A stretch of DNA of 64,000 nt from Geosiphon pyriformis uo1 (taxonomy: Eukaryota > Fungi > Glomeromycota): the NCBI GenBank assembly GCA_016748015.1, contig JAAOMT010000741.1, positions 641,679-705,678 on the forward strand, given 5' to 3'. Numbering within the stretch: the stretch's first letter is position 1; every line of letters begins with the position of its first letter. The translations under genes and the position numbers were made by a program. The notes below the pieces were generated by a model. That model was not told the DNA's origin, made no database searches, and saw only the letters and a list, made by a program, of their open reading frames with translations. Positions 1-12,459 of the stretch are shown here, piece after piece.

Positions 1-797
1 GTACTAACTTATACTAGTTTTGCTTAAACATAACTAAATACACCAAATATAAAAAATTGAGTTATATATTAATTAAATACTCAGCTGGTATAAAAGTTTC
101 TATAAATGATTTCTTTTAAAGAATTTTTTTAAAGACAAATAAAAGCAGGCTAAAAGCTATTTATGCCAAAAATCTAGTTTTTATTGTTCATTCAATGTCT
201 TTTAATAGTGTTTTTTAAGCAAAAATTGTTGGTAGCTTTTTATTTTTCTCTTTTTTTGGGCAAAATAGTTTGTTAAAAGTTAATTTCTCATTAAAAATAA
301 AATTTTCTCTACTAATTACATTGAATATTAATAATAAGTTTACAGTTTTTGAATACAGTCTTGTTGGTTTTATAAAAAAAATTGGTAAGTTAACAAAAAA
401 ATTAAATGTACTTGAATTGATAGTTTTTTAGCTATGTTTTAAATGTTAATTGTTAATAACTTTTTTATTATAAGATCAAAAAACAAATATAACAATGAGT
501 AAAAGTTTGAGTGCAATTATTAGTAATAAAACTATAATAGTAAAAGTTTCTTTATCTTCTATAAACATTATTAAATTAAAAATAAGCATAAACAATTTAT
601 TTAATATGGTTTTAAATTTTTTGGCCAAAATAAAAATATTGGTTAAAGTTTAGATATCTTTTCTCACTAATAACTGATTTAGTTTAGAGAATTGCTATGT
701 GCAATATTTGAGGTATCAATATTTTTGCAAAGCAAAAAAAACATTGTTTATTAATATATAGATTCAGATAATATAATTTTTATTATTATAAAAACAA
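1..797 (+). mobile_element. Degenerate LINE copy B, 5' part (end of ORF1 and start of ORF2 endonuclease); interrupted by LINE copy A
   Basis: Colinear with copy A ORF1 end and ORF2 start (agaattgctatgtgcaatatttgaggt = decayed RIATCNVRG). The endonuclease reading resumes at 7556 (TKLRSNI...TSGLDK). Confidence 0.8.
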
Positions 798-896
798 TAA
801 TTATAGGAAAAACAATAAAAACTTCTTTCTCTCCTTCATTCTAAATTCCAAAAAAGAGTCAAAAGTTTTATTGAAAAAAGTTTTTAGCCATTCAGT

Positions 897-2761
897 ATGA
901 CAAATCCAAACTGTTTTTTGATTTCAAGGCCACTGTTGGTCCTATTATTGCTGTCATGAAGGAGGTTGCAAAAAATTCTGGTGCTGGTGGTGGTTTTAGA
1001 CCTGTCCTGTCAAGAAAGAAAAGAAAGGGTGGTGTTTTGACTAAGAGTGTTTTGGTAAGAAGGAGTGTTGTTGAAACAACTGGAAATCATTCACGACATT
1101 CTGAGACTAGTGACACTACCGAGTCTGAGAGTGTTGACATAGAGGAAAAGTGCCTTATTGAAGAGACCAGTATTGATTATGATGAAAAGGATGTCTTTGA
1201 TGGTGGAGACCTCAACCAAACACCAAAGAGCTTAAGTATCAAAATTAAGACCAAGAAAGTATTGGGCAAACCACTGGGCAAAATCAACTTTGAAGATGGC
1301 TTTGATAATAGTGATTTTCTGAATGAGTCTGCTCTTTTTTTATCTTCTCTTCTACTTAAACCTTCCATTCATGTTTTTGTTTGCAAATCCTTCGTTTTGG
1401 ATATCAATTTGGTGGCCGTTGCTGGGAAATCTTCTTAAAAAAAATTGAATTTTATCAAAAAAAAATTTTCAGGTGTGAATGGTTTTGGGGAGGCCTCTAC
1501 TTCCTCAAAATTTGGTGGGATAATTTGTGTGACTTTTACTTCTAAAATGGCGATGATGGTCGCAGAAAAATTGGCTCATGATTGTGGTGTTATAGTAAAC
1601 ACCAATCTTAAGTGTCTGGTAAACATTCGTATAAATTGGGATATTGTAATTAAGGAGATTCCTGTTAATACATTGATTGAGGCAGTGTGTACAGCTATTT
1701 CCGAATTTAAGATTGTTGTGTCAATTAAAATACAGTTGGTAGGATTGTGACAAAAAGCAATTGTCACTTTGGGAGATTCTGATCAGGCTGATTTGTTGGC
1801 ATCCAAGTAGTCTATTCTTATCAGGAAAAATGTGGTCTGGGTGGCCAGAGCTGATGTTGATAAACAGACTTGGAATTTTAGAGATGAGTTTAAGGCGTTG
1901 CTTTACACTTTTCTTGTAGGAACCAATACACATGATCTTTGAGATTTTATTGGTTCAGTGGATGGAAAAACATGTGTTATTAAGTGCAATTCAGTTAACT
2001 ACACTCAGACATGCTGCACCACAGTGTGTTTTAAGTCTGGGAGCAATCTAAATTGGGCTCTGGCCAACACTCTGGTAATAAAAGATATCAGTCTCCATTG
2101 GTTGCGCCTGTTTGTTGCCTTGTGTTCCTCTTACAATTTTCTTGGTCATACATCTAGGAATTGTAAATCAGCTGGTGTGTTTTTGAGTCCGAAGGGCAAG
2201 AGGGCTTCTCTTTCGGCTCAGGATCAGTTTAAATTAGCAAAGATTTATGAAAGGAAGTCTGTTCCTGTTTCTCATCCTTTGGCTTTTGGTGGGAAGACTT
2301 GGGTGTCAGTGGTTGGCTCTATTCTTTCAGGCACTTCTCTTGGATATGACTTTCAGCTTGGTTTTATTGAAAATGGTAAACCTCTCCCTCCAGTAGTAAA
2401 TGATTTGAAAAAACGTTTGGTTAGCATTGAAAGCAGTCTTGTCAGCCTTGTGGGACAAATTGGTGGATTGGCTAAGAGATTGGAATCATTCATGCCAGCA
2501 GTTTCCCAGCCTAGCCCTGGATGTCAGCTGCCAGTGACCCCCCCATCACAGAATCAAGGGAAGGATATAGTGATGGGAGTGAGTTCGGGTAATGCCACTA
2601 GTAACAAGACTGCTGCCATTTTGGGTTTAACTGTCTCGCCTGAGGTTGTGAAATTGGAAAACATGTTGGAAGGTCTTTCTGCTTTAGTCATAAGCCTATC
2701 AGCACACTTAGATAGTTTGGCTTTGGCAGGTGGTGCTTCTTTTCTACCTTTTTCTCAATAA
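897..2761 (+). pseudogene. LINE ORF1 (gag-like RNA-binding protein: RRM-like region, decayed CCHC knuckle, coiled coil), inactivated
   Basis: ORF-track pieces 956-1438, 1445-1750 and 1958-2761 share a frame and are separated by stops derived from TGG/CAA. Knuckle remnant CSSYNFLGHTSRNC; heptads LKKRLVSIESSLVSLVGQI. Confidence 0.85.
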
Positions 2762-5700
2762 GTAGTCTAGTATGGAAAATTGCCATGGGTTAAACAATCC
2801 TGCAAAGTAAGATGATATCATTCATTGACACAAGGATATGAACAATTTGGTTTCTATTTTTATGGAGTCAAAGCTTAAAAAGAAAGTTCACCCATGGTTG
2901 ACTAACAAATTTGATGGTGTTTGGGTTTTTACTTCTGGTCTGGATTCTGGTTTTTTGGGTGCTAGTATGTTGATTGTTGTGAATTTTTCTTTAGCAAAAC
3001 ACGTCTGCAAGGTCTCTAAAATGTCTGGTCGGCTCCTATTCATCAAGTTGCTTTTCAAAAATAAACTTTCAGTGTCTATTTTGGGGCTCTATGCTGGTGC
3101 TTTATTGGTGGTTTGGTTTTCTCAGGCTGGTGAAATCAACTTTTTCATTGCTAAAGCCATTAATGAGTCTTCTTTTGTTGTCTTTGGTGGTGACTTTAAT
3201 GAAGATGGTTCTCAAAAGTGTGCGAGTTTCAAAAAGTGCCTTGAGTTGGGATTGGTTAACTCTTTGATTGGAAGCCTGGCCATTAAGATGCTCACTTGGG
3301 CGAATTCTAGGAGTGTCATGAAAACTATTGATTACGTGTTTGTTTCACTGAATCTGGTCAATTCTTTAGTACATTGTGGTATTTCGGACATCAGTGAATA
3401 TTTTGATACAGACCACCAGGCTGTGTCTGTATCTATAAGCCTGGGTGGTTTATTAGATACACATTTGTTTTCTCTTCACAAGTAGGCAAATAAAAATCAT
3501 TGGAAATTTGATGTCAAAAATACCAGTAAGACTAAATGGCTTGAGTTTAAGGATGCTATGGTTGCTAACACTACTATGTTTTTGGGTACTTTTGGTGATA
3601 CTGTAAAGTTTTTTGATCTTGGTGCTATGTGGAACGTCATTCGCAAGATCATGGTTCTCTCAGCTGGTGGTGCTTTCAAGAAGAGATGGTTCAAAGATTT
3701 TAATACAGTTCGCAATAAAGTATTGTCTAGGTTTCATAAGCTGGAACTGTTGGTTTCTAAGCTGGTGAAGGCTTCTTATTTGAATTCTAGTGTCAGTTTT
3801 GCTTTACTTTTGGGTACATGGGATAACTTTGACTCTGCTGGTGCTTTAACAGTAAGATCTATGTTCTTTTCTGGTGCTAAATTTGATAAAATTTATTCTG
3901 CTCTGACCAAAGTGAAGAGGTTATACCACTCTTCTAAATTGCTGGAGTCCAAGCGCACTAAAAAAATTCACATTAGGCAGGCTATTACCAATAGGATGAA
4001 GAGTTTTGAGCTAAATAAGGGTTGTACAATCAGAAATGTGTTGGAATGTCCCTTTTGCAAAGTGGTTTTAAACCATCTGGTCGTGGGTGATGAGTTAGTT
4101 CTTAAACCTGATTTGGTTAAGTTCAAGGTGGATGCTATCATGAAAAGATAAACCAGAAAGCGTGTAGTGGTTGATAATATTTCTGATACTTGGTCTTGTC
4201 AATACCAACCTTTGGACTATGTTTTTGATGGTGCTTTTTCTGGAGTGATGAGTGAGATTGATTTTGATGAGTGCATTGTGTGATTACTAGTCTTCCTGAT
4301 GGGAAAGCTGCTGGTCTCTTGGGCATCTCTAATGAGCTTTGGAAACATTGTGATAAGTCAGTTTTGGGTTTGCTTTTGGTTCTTTTGAATTCTTGTTTGT
4401 CTTGTGAGTTGGTGCCTGGTTCCTGGAAGAAGGCTTGGGTTTCAATGATTCCCAAACCTTATGAGTGGGAGGGTGTTCTCACAAATACTTATCCTATTGC
4501 CTTGATCAAAACAGCTTACAAGATTCTATCCAAGGTTTTTTCAAATAAGATCTCACTGGCTTGCAGCTCATATGATGTTCTGCATGGTAACAATTTTTTG
4601 GTTTTGAAGGGTACAACAACTCAGTCTCCTATTTTTGCAGTTGGCTCAGTAATTGAGGATACTTTGGAAAAAAACTGGGAACTTTGGCTTGTTCTATAAG
4701 ACATGTGGAAGACATATGATTTAGTTGGCTGGGAACACCTTGAGAGGAGCTTGATTAGGATCAAAATGTGTAGTAAATTTGTTTGCTTTTTTGGTAGTAT
4801 TCATAGAGACCAAACCAACCATGTTATGACAGATTTTGGTTTGATTGATGGTTACCGAGTGTTTGATGAGTTGAACTAAGGTAAAGTTTTTTCTCCTCTG
4901 CTGTGGCACATATTTTATGATCCTCTTTTGTGTGAAGTCAAGTATCAAGAGAGTATGTGTGATTATAGGCTCAATTCTCATTTTGTTTCTGAGAGTGGTC
5001 GCACTGAGTCTCAGACTGGGCTTTCTATCTTTCTTGCTGCTGGTGCCTTTATTGATGATACTATTTGGGTTGGTAGCAGTCAGACTGCTACTCAGCATAT
5101 TCTCAACGTTGCTAGTGAATTTTTTCGAGTCAATAATATTTCAATTAATAATGACAAAACTGTGGCCATTCCAATCAACAGCAGGGTCAGTGTTCCGTCT
5201 CTTTTTATTAGTGGTTCACCTATTTCTGTTGCCCATAGAGGGAAACCTCATTGGTATCTTGGTATTTTTTTGTCAATTGAGGGTCTTTCAAAGTCTAGCT
5301 TGGCTAAAGCACATTCAAATATTCATTTTTTTACTAATTTAGTTCTAAGGAAGGTGGTTTCAGATAAGCAGTTCTTGTATCTGGTGTCAGCAGTTCTCCA
5401 TTCCATAATTGGCTACAGAATGCAGTTTGGCTATATTCCTGTTGGTGTGTGCAATAAATGGAATGCTCTGATTCGCAAGGGCTTGAAGCTAAAAGCTGGT
5501 CTTCTGATAGACTTTCCTAGTGATACTATTCACCATCCCTCTTTTTATGGTTTAAAATCTTTTTTACAGTGTCAATCTGAAAGTAAAGTAGCTTTGCTTA
5601 TTAGTTTTGTGAACTCTGGCAGGATCTTGGGGTGTCTGTTTGGTCACAGGTCACATGACTTACAGATTCTGTATTGGTGGCCCATTCACCTTTTGATTTT

Positions 5701-7418
5701 TTCTGTTTGTATTCGTGTCAGTGTTTCTAATAATTTCTTGGCTGGTATGGTTTACATTCTCCTTAATTGCAATTTGTCTTTGGGTGGCTCTTTGGCCAGT
5801 GCTTTTCAGTTTTGCGATGGGGTTCCTATATTTGTTGTTCTTGATGAGTCTTTGTTTTTCAAGTTTTTATTTTTTTTCTAGTGTTTTGATGTTGCCTTCA
5901 TGGATCAGTTCTGTGATCATCATGACATTGTTTTTAGCTGGCACACCTTCAAGTGATGGAAGAGGCTGGACTCTTGTGGCCCAGTTTCTGAATAGTTTAA
6001 ACTTTTTGTTGCATTTCTTATGGCTTCTCATTCATCTTTTACAGCCTCAGTTGGTACTGGTCTTCTTAACTTTTGTGAGTTGGATGATTTTGTGGCCACT
6101 CGTGGTTGTCTTTCCCAGATTGACGTCAATAGTTTGTCTGTATATATGGATGGTTCTTTGAAGTATTTGGGCACAGTTGATTGTAGAGCTGGGGCTGTCA
6201 TTTTTTTTGAGGACATTAATTTGGGTTTGGGTGTCGGTGTTCAGGGTTTAGTGTCATCTACTTTAGTAGAATTACAGGCTATAACATTGGCTTTGGAGTG
6301 TGTGTCTGCAGCTTATTCTGTTAATTTGTTTTCAGATAGTCAAGCAGCTTTAGATGCTTGTAGGTCTGAGTTAAGCCTGGTGTGCCCTGACTTTTACAAT
6401 TGATGTCGAGTGTCGGCATATTTGGAATGTTATCTACAGTAAGAATTTGAGAATTAGTTAGCACAAAGTTAAGAGCCATTCCAGCATTTCAGGGAATGAC
6501 TGCACTGATAACATTGCTGATGCTGTATCTCTATTTGGTTGGTATCTTTTTCCTCACATGGATGAACATTTTTTGTTGGTGGATGATAGTGTTGTTTCTG
6601 GTAATTCTAGACACTTTGTTTGAGATGTTTATCATGCAGTTTGTTATGCACACTGGGAGATCAGTTCCAGTTCTGGATTTCTAGCTAGTAGTTTGCGTTC
6701 AGATGTTAACTGGCTCAGTTTTTCTAGAGTTTGGCACTCTGATTTGCATATGGCCACTGGTTTCATTAGCAGGCTCACTGCTGATACTTGTACTTATCTT
6801 ATAAAGACTTTGCACTGTTGGCTTCCTGTGGCTGTCCAGAAATGCATTTACAATAAATGTTATCCTAGTATCCTGTGTCTGTATTGTGGTAAGGTAGAGG
6901 TTTCTGATCATGTGTTTTCTTGTGTGGTTGATGATTTGGCTTACTGTCAGGTTCTGGAATCCTGCATGTCTTCTTAGAAGTCACTTTCTGAACTCTCTCT
7001 TTCCTCTTTGGTTGTGTTGCAGTTTATGTCGACCTGTGCTTCGGATTTGCTAGTTTTCTTGGCTCTTTACAAGGGTTTTGTTTTTAATGGATGGCTTCAA
7101 GAGGCTGTTACTGTCTTCTATAATTCTAAGGTTGCTGGTATTAAAATTACTGATTTTATGTGCTCTCTATGCTCCACTTTTAGGAATGATATTTGGTTGG
7201 TCCGTACCAAGCATCATGTTTTTATAGAAAAAAATGGCCTGATTCCAGTAGATGGATCAATTCTCATCCCAGTTTTTGGTTCGGTTTTGAGGTTGTCGCC
7301 TGGTGTGGTTAAATTGCTTGGTATTACTGAAGCTTTTGGTGTTCTTTTTGGCTTTCGCAAGTCTTGTTCATTTTTTTTGGGTATTGGTGACATGGTTTTT
7401 GTTAATATAGTTACATAG
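2758..7418 (+). pseudogene. LINE ORF2: AP endonuclease (~2758-3440), reverse transcriptase (~4270-5280), RNase H (~6135-6530), CCHC zinc motif (~6874-6923); inactivated
   Basis: APE motifs GGDFN, TIDYVF and TDHQAV. RT motifs MIPKP...PIAL and AFIDD. RNase H motifs VYMDGS, ELQAI and SDSQAA. Zinc motif CLYCGKVEVSDHVFSC. Many premature stops and frameshifts. Confidence 0.92.
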
Positions 7419-7555
7419 TGTTGTTTTGACTGGCTCGAGTGACTGGTCACATATGGTTAAGCACATGATTCATGCTTAGTTTAGATCATTTCATTGATGT
7501 ATAGTTCTAGGTAGTGTTTGAACCTCACTCATTAAACATAATAAAAAAATAAAAA

Positions 7556-10500
7556 ATAAAAACAAAATTAAGATCTAATATTAAGCTATAGATTATAAAT
7601 AAGTTTAATAAAATACAAATTCTTACATCTGGTTTGGATAAGAGTTTTTTCAATACTAGTGTGACTATTATTATAAATAATTCTTTGGCTTAACATATTT
7701 TAAAGATAAAAAAAATTTTAGATTAATTAATTTCAGTTTATTTTTTGTTTAAAGATAAGTTTTCAATTATAGTTTTAAATTTATATATTGGTGTTTTTTC
7801 TGAATTCAGATTTGAGCAGACTTTAGAAATCAATTTTTATTATTATTATTAAGATAGTTAATTTTAACACTTTTGTGGTTTTGGAAAAAAATTTTAATAA
7901 GAATAAATTCAAAAAAAATGCAAGCTTCAAATTTTGTGTAAATTTGGATTTAGTAAATTTATTCAGTAAATATTTACTGGTTAAAACTTTTACTGGTTAA
8001 AACTTTTACTTAAAACAATTTTAAAAGCATTAAAAAAATTATAAATTACGTTTTTATAAGTAAAAACTTATTTTTAGTGGTTATAGATTATAGAATTAAT
8101 ATTATGTCTAATTTTTTTGATACAAATTACAAAACAATTTTAGTTTTAGTTGGTTTGAGTAGTTTTTTAGATACTTGTTTTAATAATATTTAAAAACAAG
8201 CCAATTAGAATTAATAGAAGTTTAAAACAAAAAATGCAAACAAAATCAAGTAAACATGTTTTGAAAAATGCTTTTTTGTTAAGATATTAATAGCATTGAG
8301 TGTATTTGTAGAATTAAAAATGTTTGAAAACTTAGATACAATATAAAAAGTATTAAGAAAAGTTATGATAGATTTAGTTAATTTAGTGTTTTCTAAGCAT
8401 TAATATAGTGAGTTTAATTGCTTAAAAACACATATTCATTAAAATTTTTTAAGTTAAAACTACTTATTGCTAAAATTATAAAGAAATTAAGCTTGAAGAA
8501 TACATTTGAATTTGATTATTTTGTCAAAGCTTGATTAATTATTAATAGTACTAAGGCTTTTTAAATTATCAAAATAATTTAAAATAATATAAAATCAATA
8601 AATATTGTTAAACATTTATTAGTAGTCAGAAAAAAATATAGAAAGTTTAAGTACTTCAAATTAAAAACAGCTGAAAATACATTTATTAAAAAGATAATTA
8701 AGCAATATATAAAAAATTTTTGTTTTAACAAGAAGCAAACAATAAAAAATGGTTTGAAACAGTTTTTTTACAAGATTGTTTTGGATTACTTGGTAATTAA
8801 GAAGAAATTGATTTTAAAACCAGATAAAATAAGACTTAAAATTGATAAAATCATAAAAAAATAAACAAAAAAGTGGATTATGTCTTTAGAATTGTCTAAT
8901 TTTTGGTTTTGCCAATATATGTTTTTAGTTTATGTAAATAATAATGTCTTTTTTAGAGTTATAAAAAAATCAACATGGAAAAGTTGGTTTTAGTAGTTAA
9001 TAGTCTGTTTAATAACAAAGCTGCCAAACTGTTTAAAATATCAAATAAACTTTAGAAGTATTATAGTAAAGTTGTAATAAAATGTTTTTTGAATTCATTG
9101 AACTTGTATTTGTTTCTTAATAATGTTTCAGTTTTTTGGAAAAGAGCATAAGTTTTAATAATTCTAAGTCTTATAAATAAAAAGTGTTTTAATAAATATC
9201 TAATTTATTATATTTATTGAAATAACTAGAAAAATTTTGTTTAAAATTTTTTTTAATTGGATTTTCTTTATGTGTAACAGATTTAGTGTTTTTTGTAATA
9301 ATAATTTTTTAGTATTAAAAGATATTTCAATTCAATCTTCTGTATTTGTTGTTGGTTTGGTAATTAAAAATACTATAAAAAAAACAAGAAACTTTGATTA
9401 GCTTTATAAAGCTTATAACTTAATTAAATGGTATTACTTAAGAGCTAGTTTGTAATGTATTAAGATATACAGTCAGTTTATTAGGTTTTTTGACAATATA
9501 CATAGTAATAGAATTAATAAAATAATAACTGATTTCAAGTTTTTAAATAAATACAGAATTCATAATAAACTGAATTAAAGTAAAATTTTTTTTTCTTTTT
9601 TCTAAAGAATTTTTTATGATTTTCTTTTATGTAAAATCAAAAGACATAAACATTTGTGTAAATACTAAATTGATATTAAATTTGTGGCCAAAACTGGCAA
9701 AATAGAAAACAGTAGAGAAAAAACATTATTTTTTGCTATAGATGTCTTTATTAATAACATAATTTAGATTAAAAACAGTCAAATTTTAACACAGTATATT
9801 TTGAATATTGTTAGTAAACTTTTTAGGATTAATAATATTTCTATTAATAATAAAAAGACAGTGGCTATTTTCATTAACCAAGGAATCAAAACAGTTTTAC
9901 TAAAAATTAATAATTTACAAATTTTAATTGCTAAAAAAAGTGAATTGTATAAGTATTTAAAAAAATTTTTGTTGATTAAAAGTCTATCTAAGTTTAATAT
10001 AATTCAAGCTTATTTTAATGTTTGATTTTTTGTCAACATAGTGTTAAAAAACAATTACAAATAAACAATTCTCTTATTTAGTATTAATTGTTTTGCAGCT
10101 TATAATTAGTTAGTTGTAATTTAGTTTTATTTTATATGTATTATAAATAAAATATTATAATCAGAAAGAGTCTTAAGTTTAAAACCAATTTATTAAGAAA
10201 CTTTTTTAATAAAACATTACAGCATTTTTTTTTATATAATTTAAAGCATTTTAAACAAATTTAAGCTAAAAAAAACTAGTATTAATAGTTATTTTTTCTA
10301 ATGCTTCAGGCATTTTTGGGCATTTATTTAAACACAGATTTTTGGACTTGCAGATTTTAATATAAATTTTTTTGAATATTTTGTAATTTTTTGTTAAACT
10401 GTATATTAATTTAGTAAATAATTTTTTTACTGAAGTTGTAAAAATTATTTTGTTTAATAATTTGTTTAATATATTTTATAATTTTGAAAAAATTTTTATA

Positions 10501-12226
10501 TCAAATGTCTTGAAAAAATTTTTGTATTATAATTTAGTATGTTTTCTAAATACTTTAAAGTTATATTTAGTAATAAACTCTTGACCAAAAAGAGCAATAT
10601 AATAGATTAAAAGTTTTTTTGTTAATAAAAAAGATTGAATTTCAAAGATTTTGTGTCTTGTTAATTCAATTTAACTTTAAGATTTTTGCATAATAAAAAT
10701 TTTTTGGTAATAGATTTTGTTAAAACTAATAAATTGTTTAACATAAATGTTTTAGAATTTAAAAAGTTTTTAAAGTTGTATGAAAATCTACACAAAATTT
10801 GGTTAGGTGCTATTAAAATGTACATAAATAGATTTTTAAAAGATGTTAATTCTGTTAAAGTTGTTAATAGGACTGTAGCTTACTTTTTGGCTGTAGATAT
10901 GAGTATTAATATTAAGATATATAAGTTTCTGTTTTTTACAATAGCCAAATTACAGACTGTTGCTTTGTTTTTGGAGTGTGTTCTATTTTTTTGTACAGTA
11001 ATTTTATATTTGAATAACCAGATTACAATTAATACTTGTGTCTCTGAAATTAAGTTTGTTATATTAGACTTCTATAATTAATGTTAAATAGAAAGAAGCC
11101 ATATTGCTAATTTAATTAAAGATAAAAATTTTTTGGTTAAGTAGATAAAAGTTAAAAATTATTTAAGAATTTTGGACAATATTAAAACTGACTTAATAAC
11201 AAATATGACTGCTTATTTTTCCTTCTTTTTGCCAATTAAAGTGCATAAATATTATATTATAGTTAATAACACAACTGTATCTGATGATATTTATTATTTT
11301 GTTTGCAATTTATATAGATTAATTTGTTATGCTTACTAGAAAACTGTTTCTGATTACAATATAGTTTTATGTACTTTAATTAAAAAGATGAATTGATTGT
11401 TTACTGTGTAAATATAACATTCTAATTTACATATATTGTCTGAATTTACTAGCAAAAAGTTGACTAATCTATATACTTATTTAATAAAAACTGTATATAT
11501 ATAATTGCCAATAGTAATTAGAAAGAAATTATATAATAGAGTATATTTAAGTGTATTATATTTGCTATATAATAAGATAAAAATATCAGATTATGTTTTT
11601 ACTTGTATTAAAAATGTTGATGTTTATAGAAAAATATTAATAGAAACTTCTAATCTTTAAGTTTTATTAATTGGCATCTGTATTTTTTTTCTGCTGTTTT
11701 AGGAACTTTTTTTAAATATTTAATAAATATGAATTTGTACATCATAATTTGCAAAAACTTTCTATTAAGAAATTAGTATATTAAAGTTATTATGGCTCTT
11801 AAAAATAAAAAAAATGGTTTAGTAATGATCAAGTTTGTAAAACAATTAGTAAAATAATATTATTTAAAGATATAGCTTATAAGATCTAAATATAAAAAAG
11901 ATATAAAAAAAATTAATTTGATAAGAAATAATAACTTGGTATCTGATTTGTTTTGTGGTTTAATAAAAAGTTTGTTGAATAGAGTGGCTTATTTTTTTTA
12001 ATATTATTAAATTTTTTGTAATTAGTTTTAATAAATATATACTATGCTTCTTTTTTTTGGTTTAAACAACAATATTAATGTTTATATAAATATATAGTAT
12101 TGTTTTGTTTGGTTTAAATAGCTGATTATATGTAGTAAATGCATGAATTGTGTTAAGTTTGAATTATTTAGTTTGGTTTTGTACTAAATAGTAATTAGAT
12201 TTTATTTGTAAAAATAAGAAAAAAAA
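7556..12226 (+). mobile_element. Degenerate LINE copy B, 3' part (ORF2 remnant, 3'UTR, A tail)
   Basis: Colinear with copy A ORF2 (e.g. INNISINNKKTVAI at 9801-10025; RNase H remnant at 10686-11081). 3'UTR homologous to copy A at ~12095-12226. Strongly AT-shifted. Confidence 0.85.
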
Positions 12227-12459
12227 TATTAATTATTATAAATTTTATTGATTTAATTTAAAATTAGTTTTTATATTATTGAATATATTAAAAACTATTA
12301 ATTTATTATCTAAAAATAATAATTTGTTTAAAAAAAAAAACTATTTTATTATTGGTTTTTAAATAAAATTATTATTAATAAAATTATATATAATATTTTT
12401 TACAACCTTTTTTTTGGTTATATTATTACTATTAAATATTACAATATATTATATAAAAA

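Larger units (their letters stand above)
798..7555 (+). mobile_element. Near full-length LINE (non-LTR retrotransposon) copy A: ORF1, ORF2 (APE-RT-RNase H-CCHC), 3'UTR, A-rich tail
   Basis: Two long degenerate ORFs and an A-rich tail at ~7534-7555. Flanked by the direct repeat ATAAAAACAA at 788-797 and 7556-7565 (TSD). The 5' boundary could lie up to ~20 bp further right. Confidence 0.93.

Noticed and set aside
1177-7450. Many antisense or alternative-frame ORFs over the LINE, also 39646-40185 over the ORF1-only element
   Set aside because: Shadow ORFs caused by the T/G-rich strand bias of the TE coding sequence.
7972-8010. 16-bp tandem duplication (tttactggttaaaact) in LINE copy B
   Set aside because: Ordinary slippage in a dead element.
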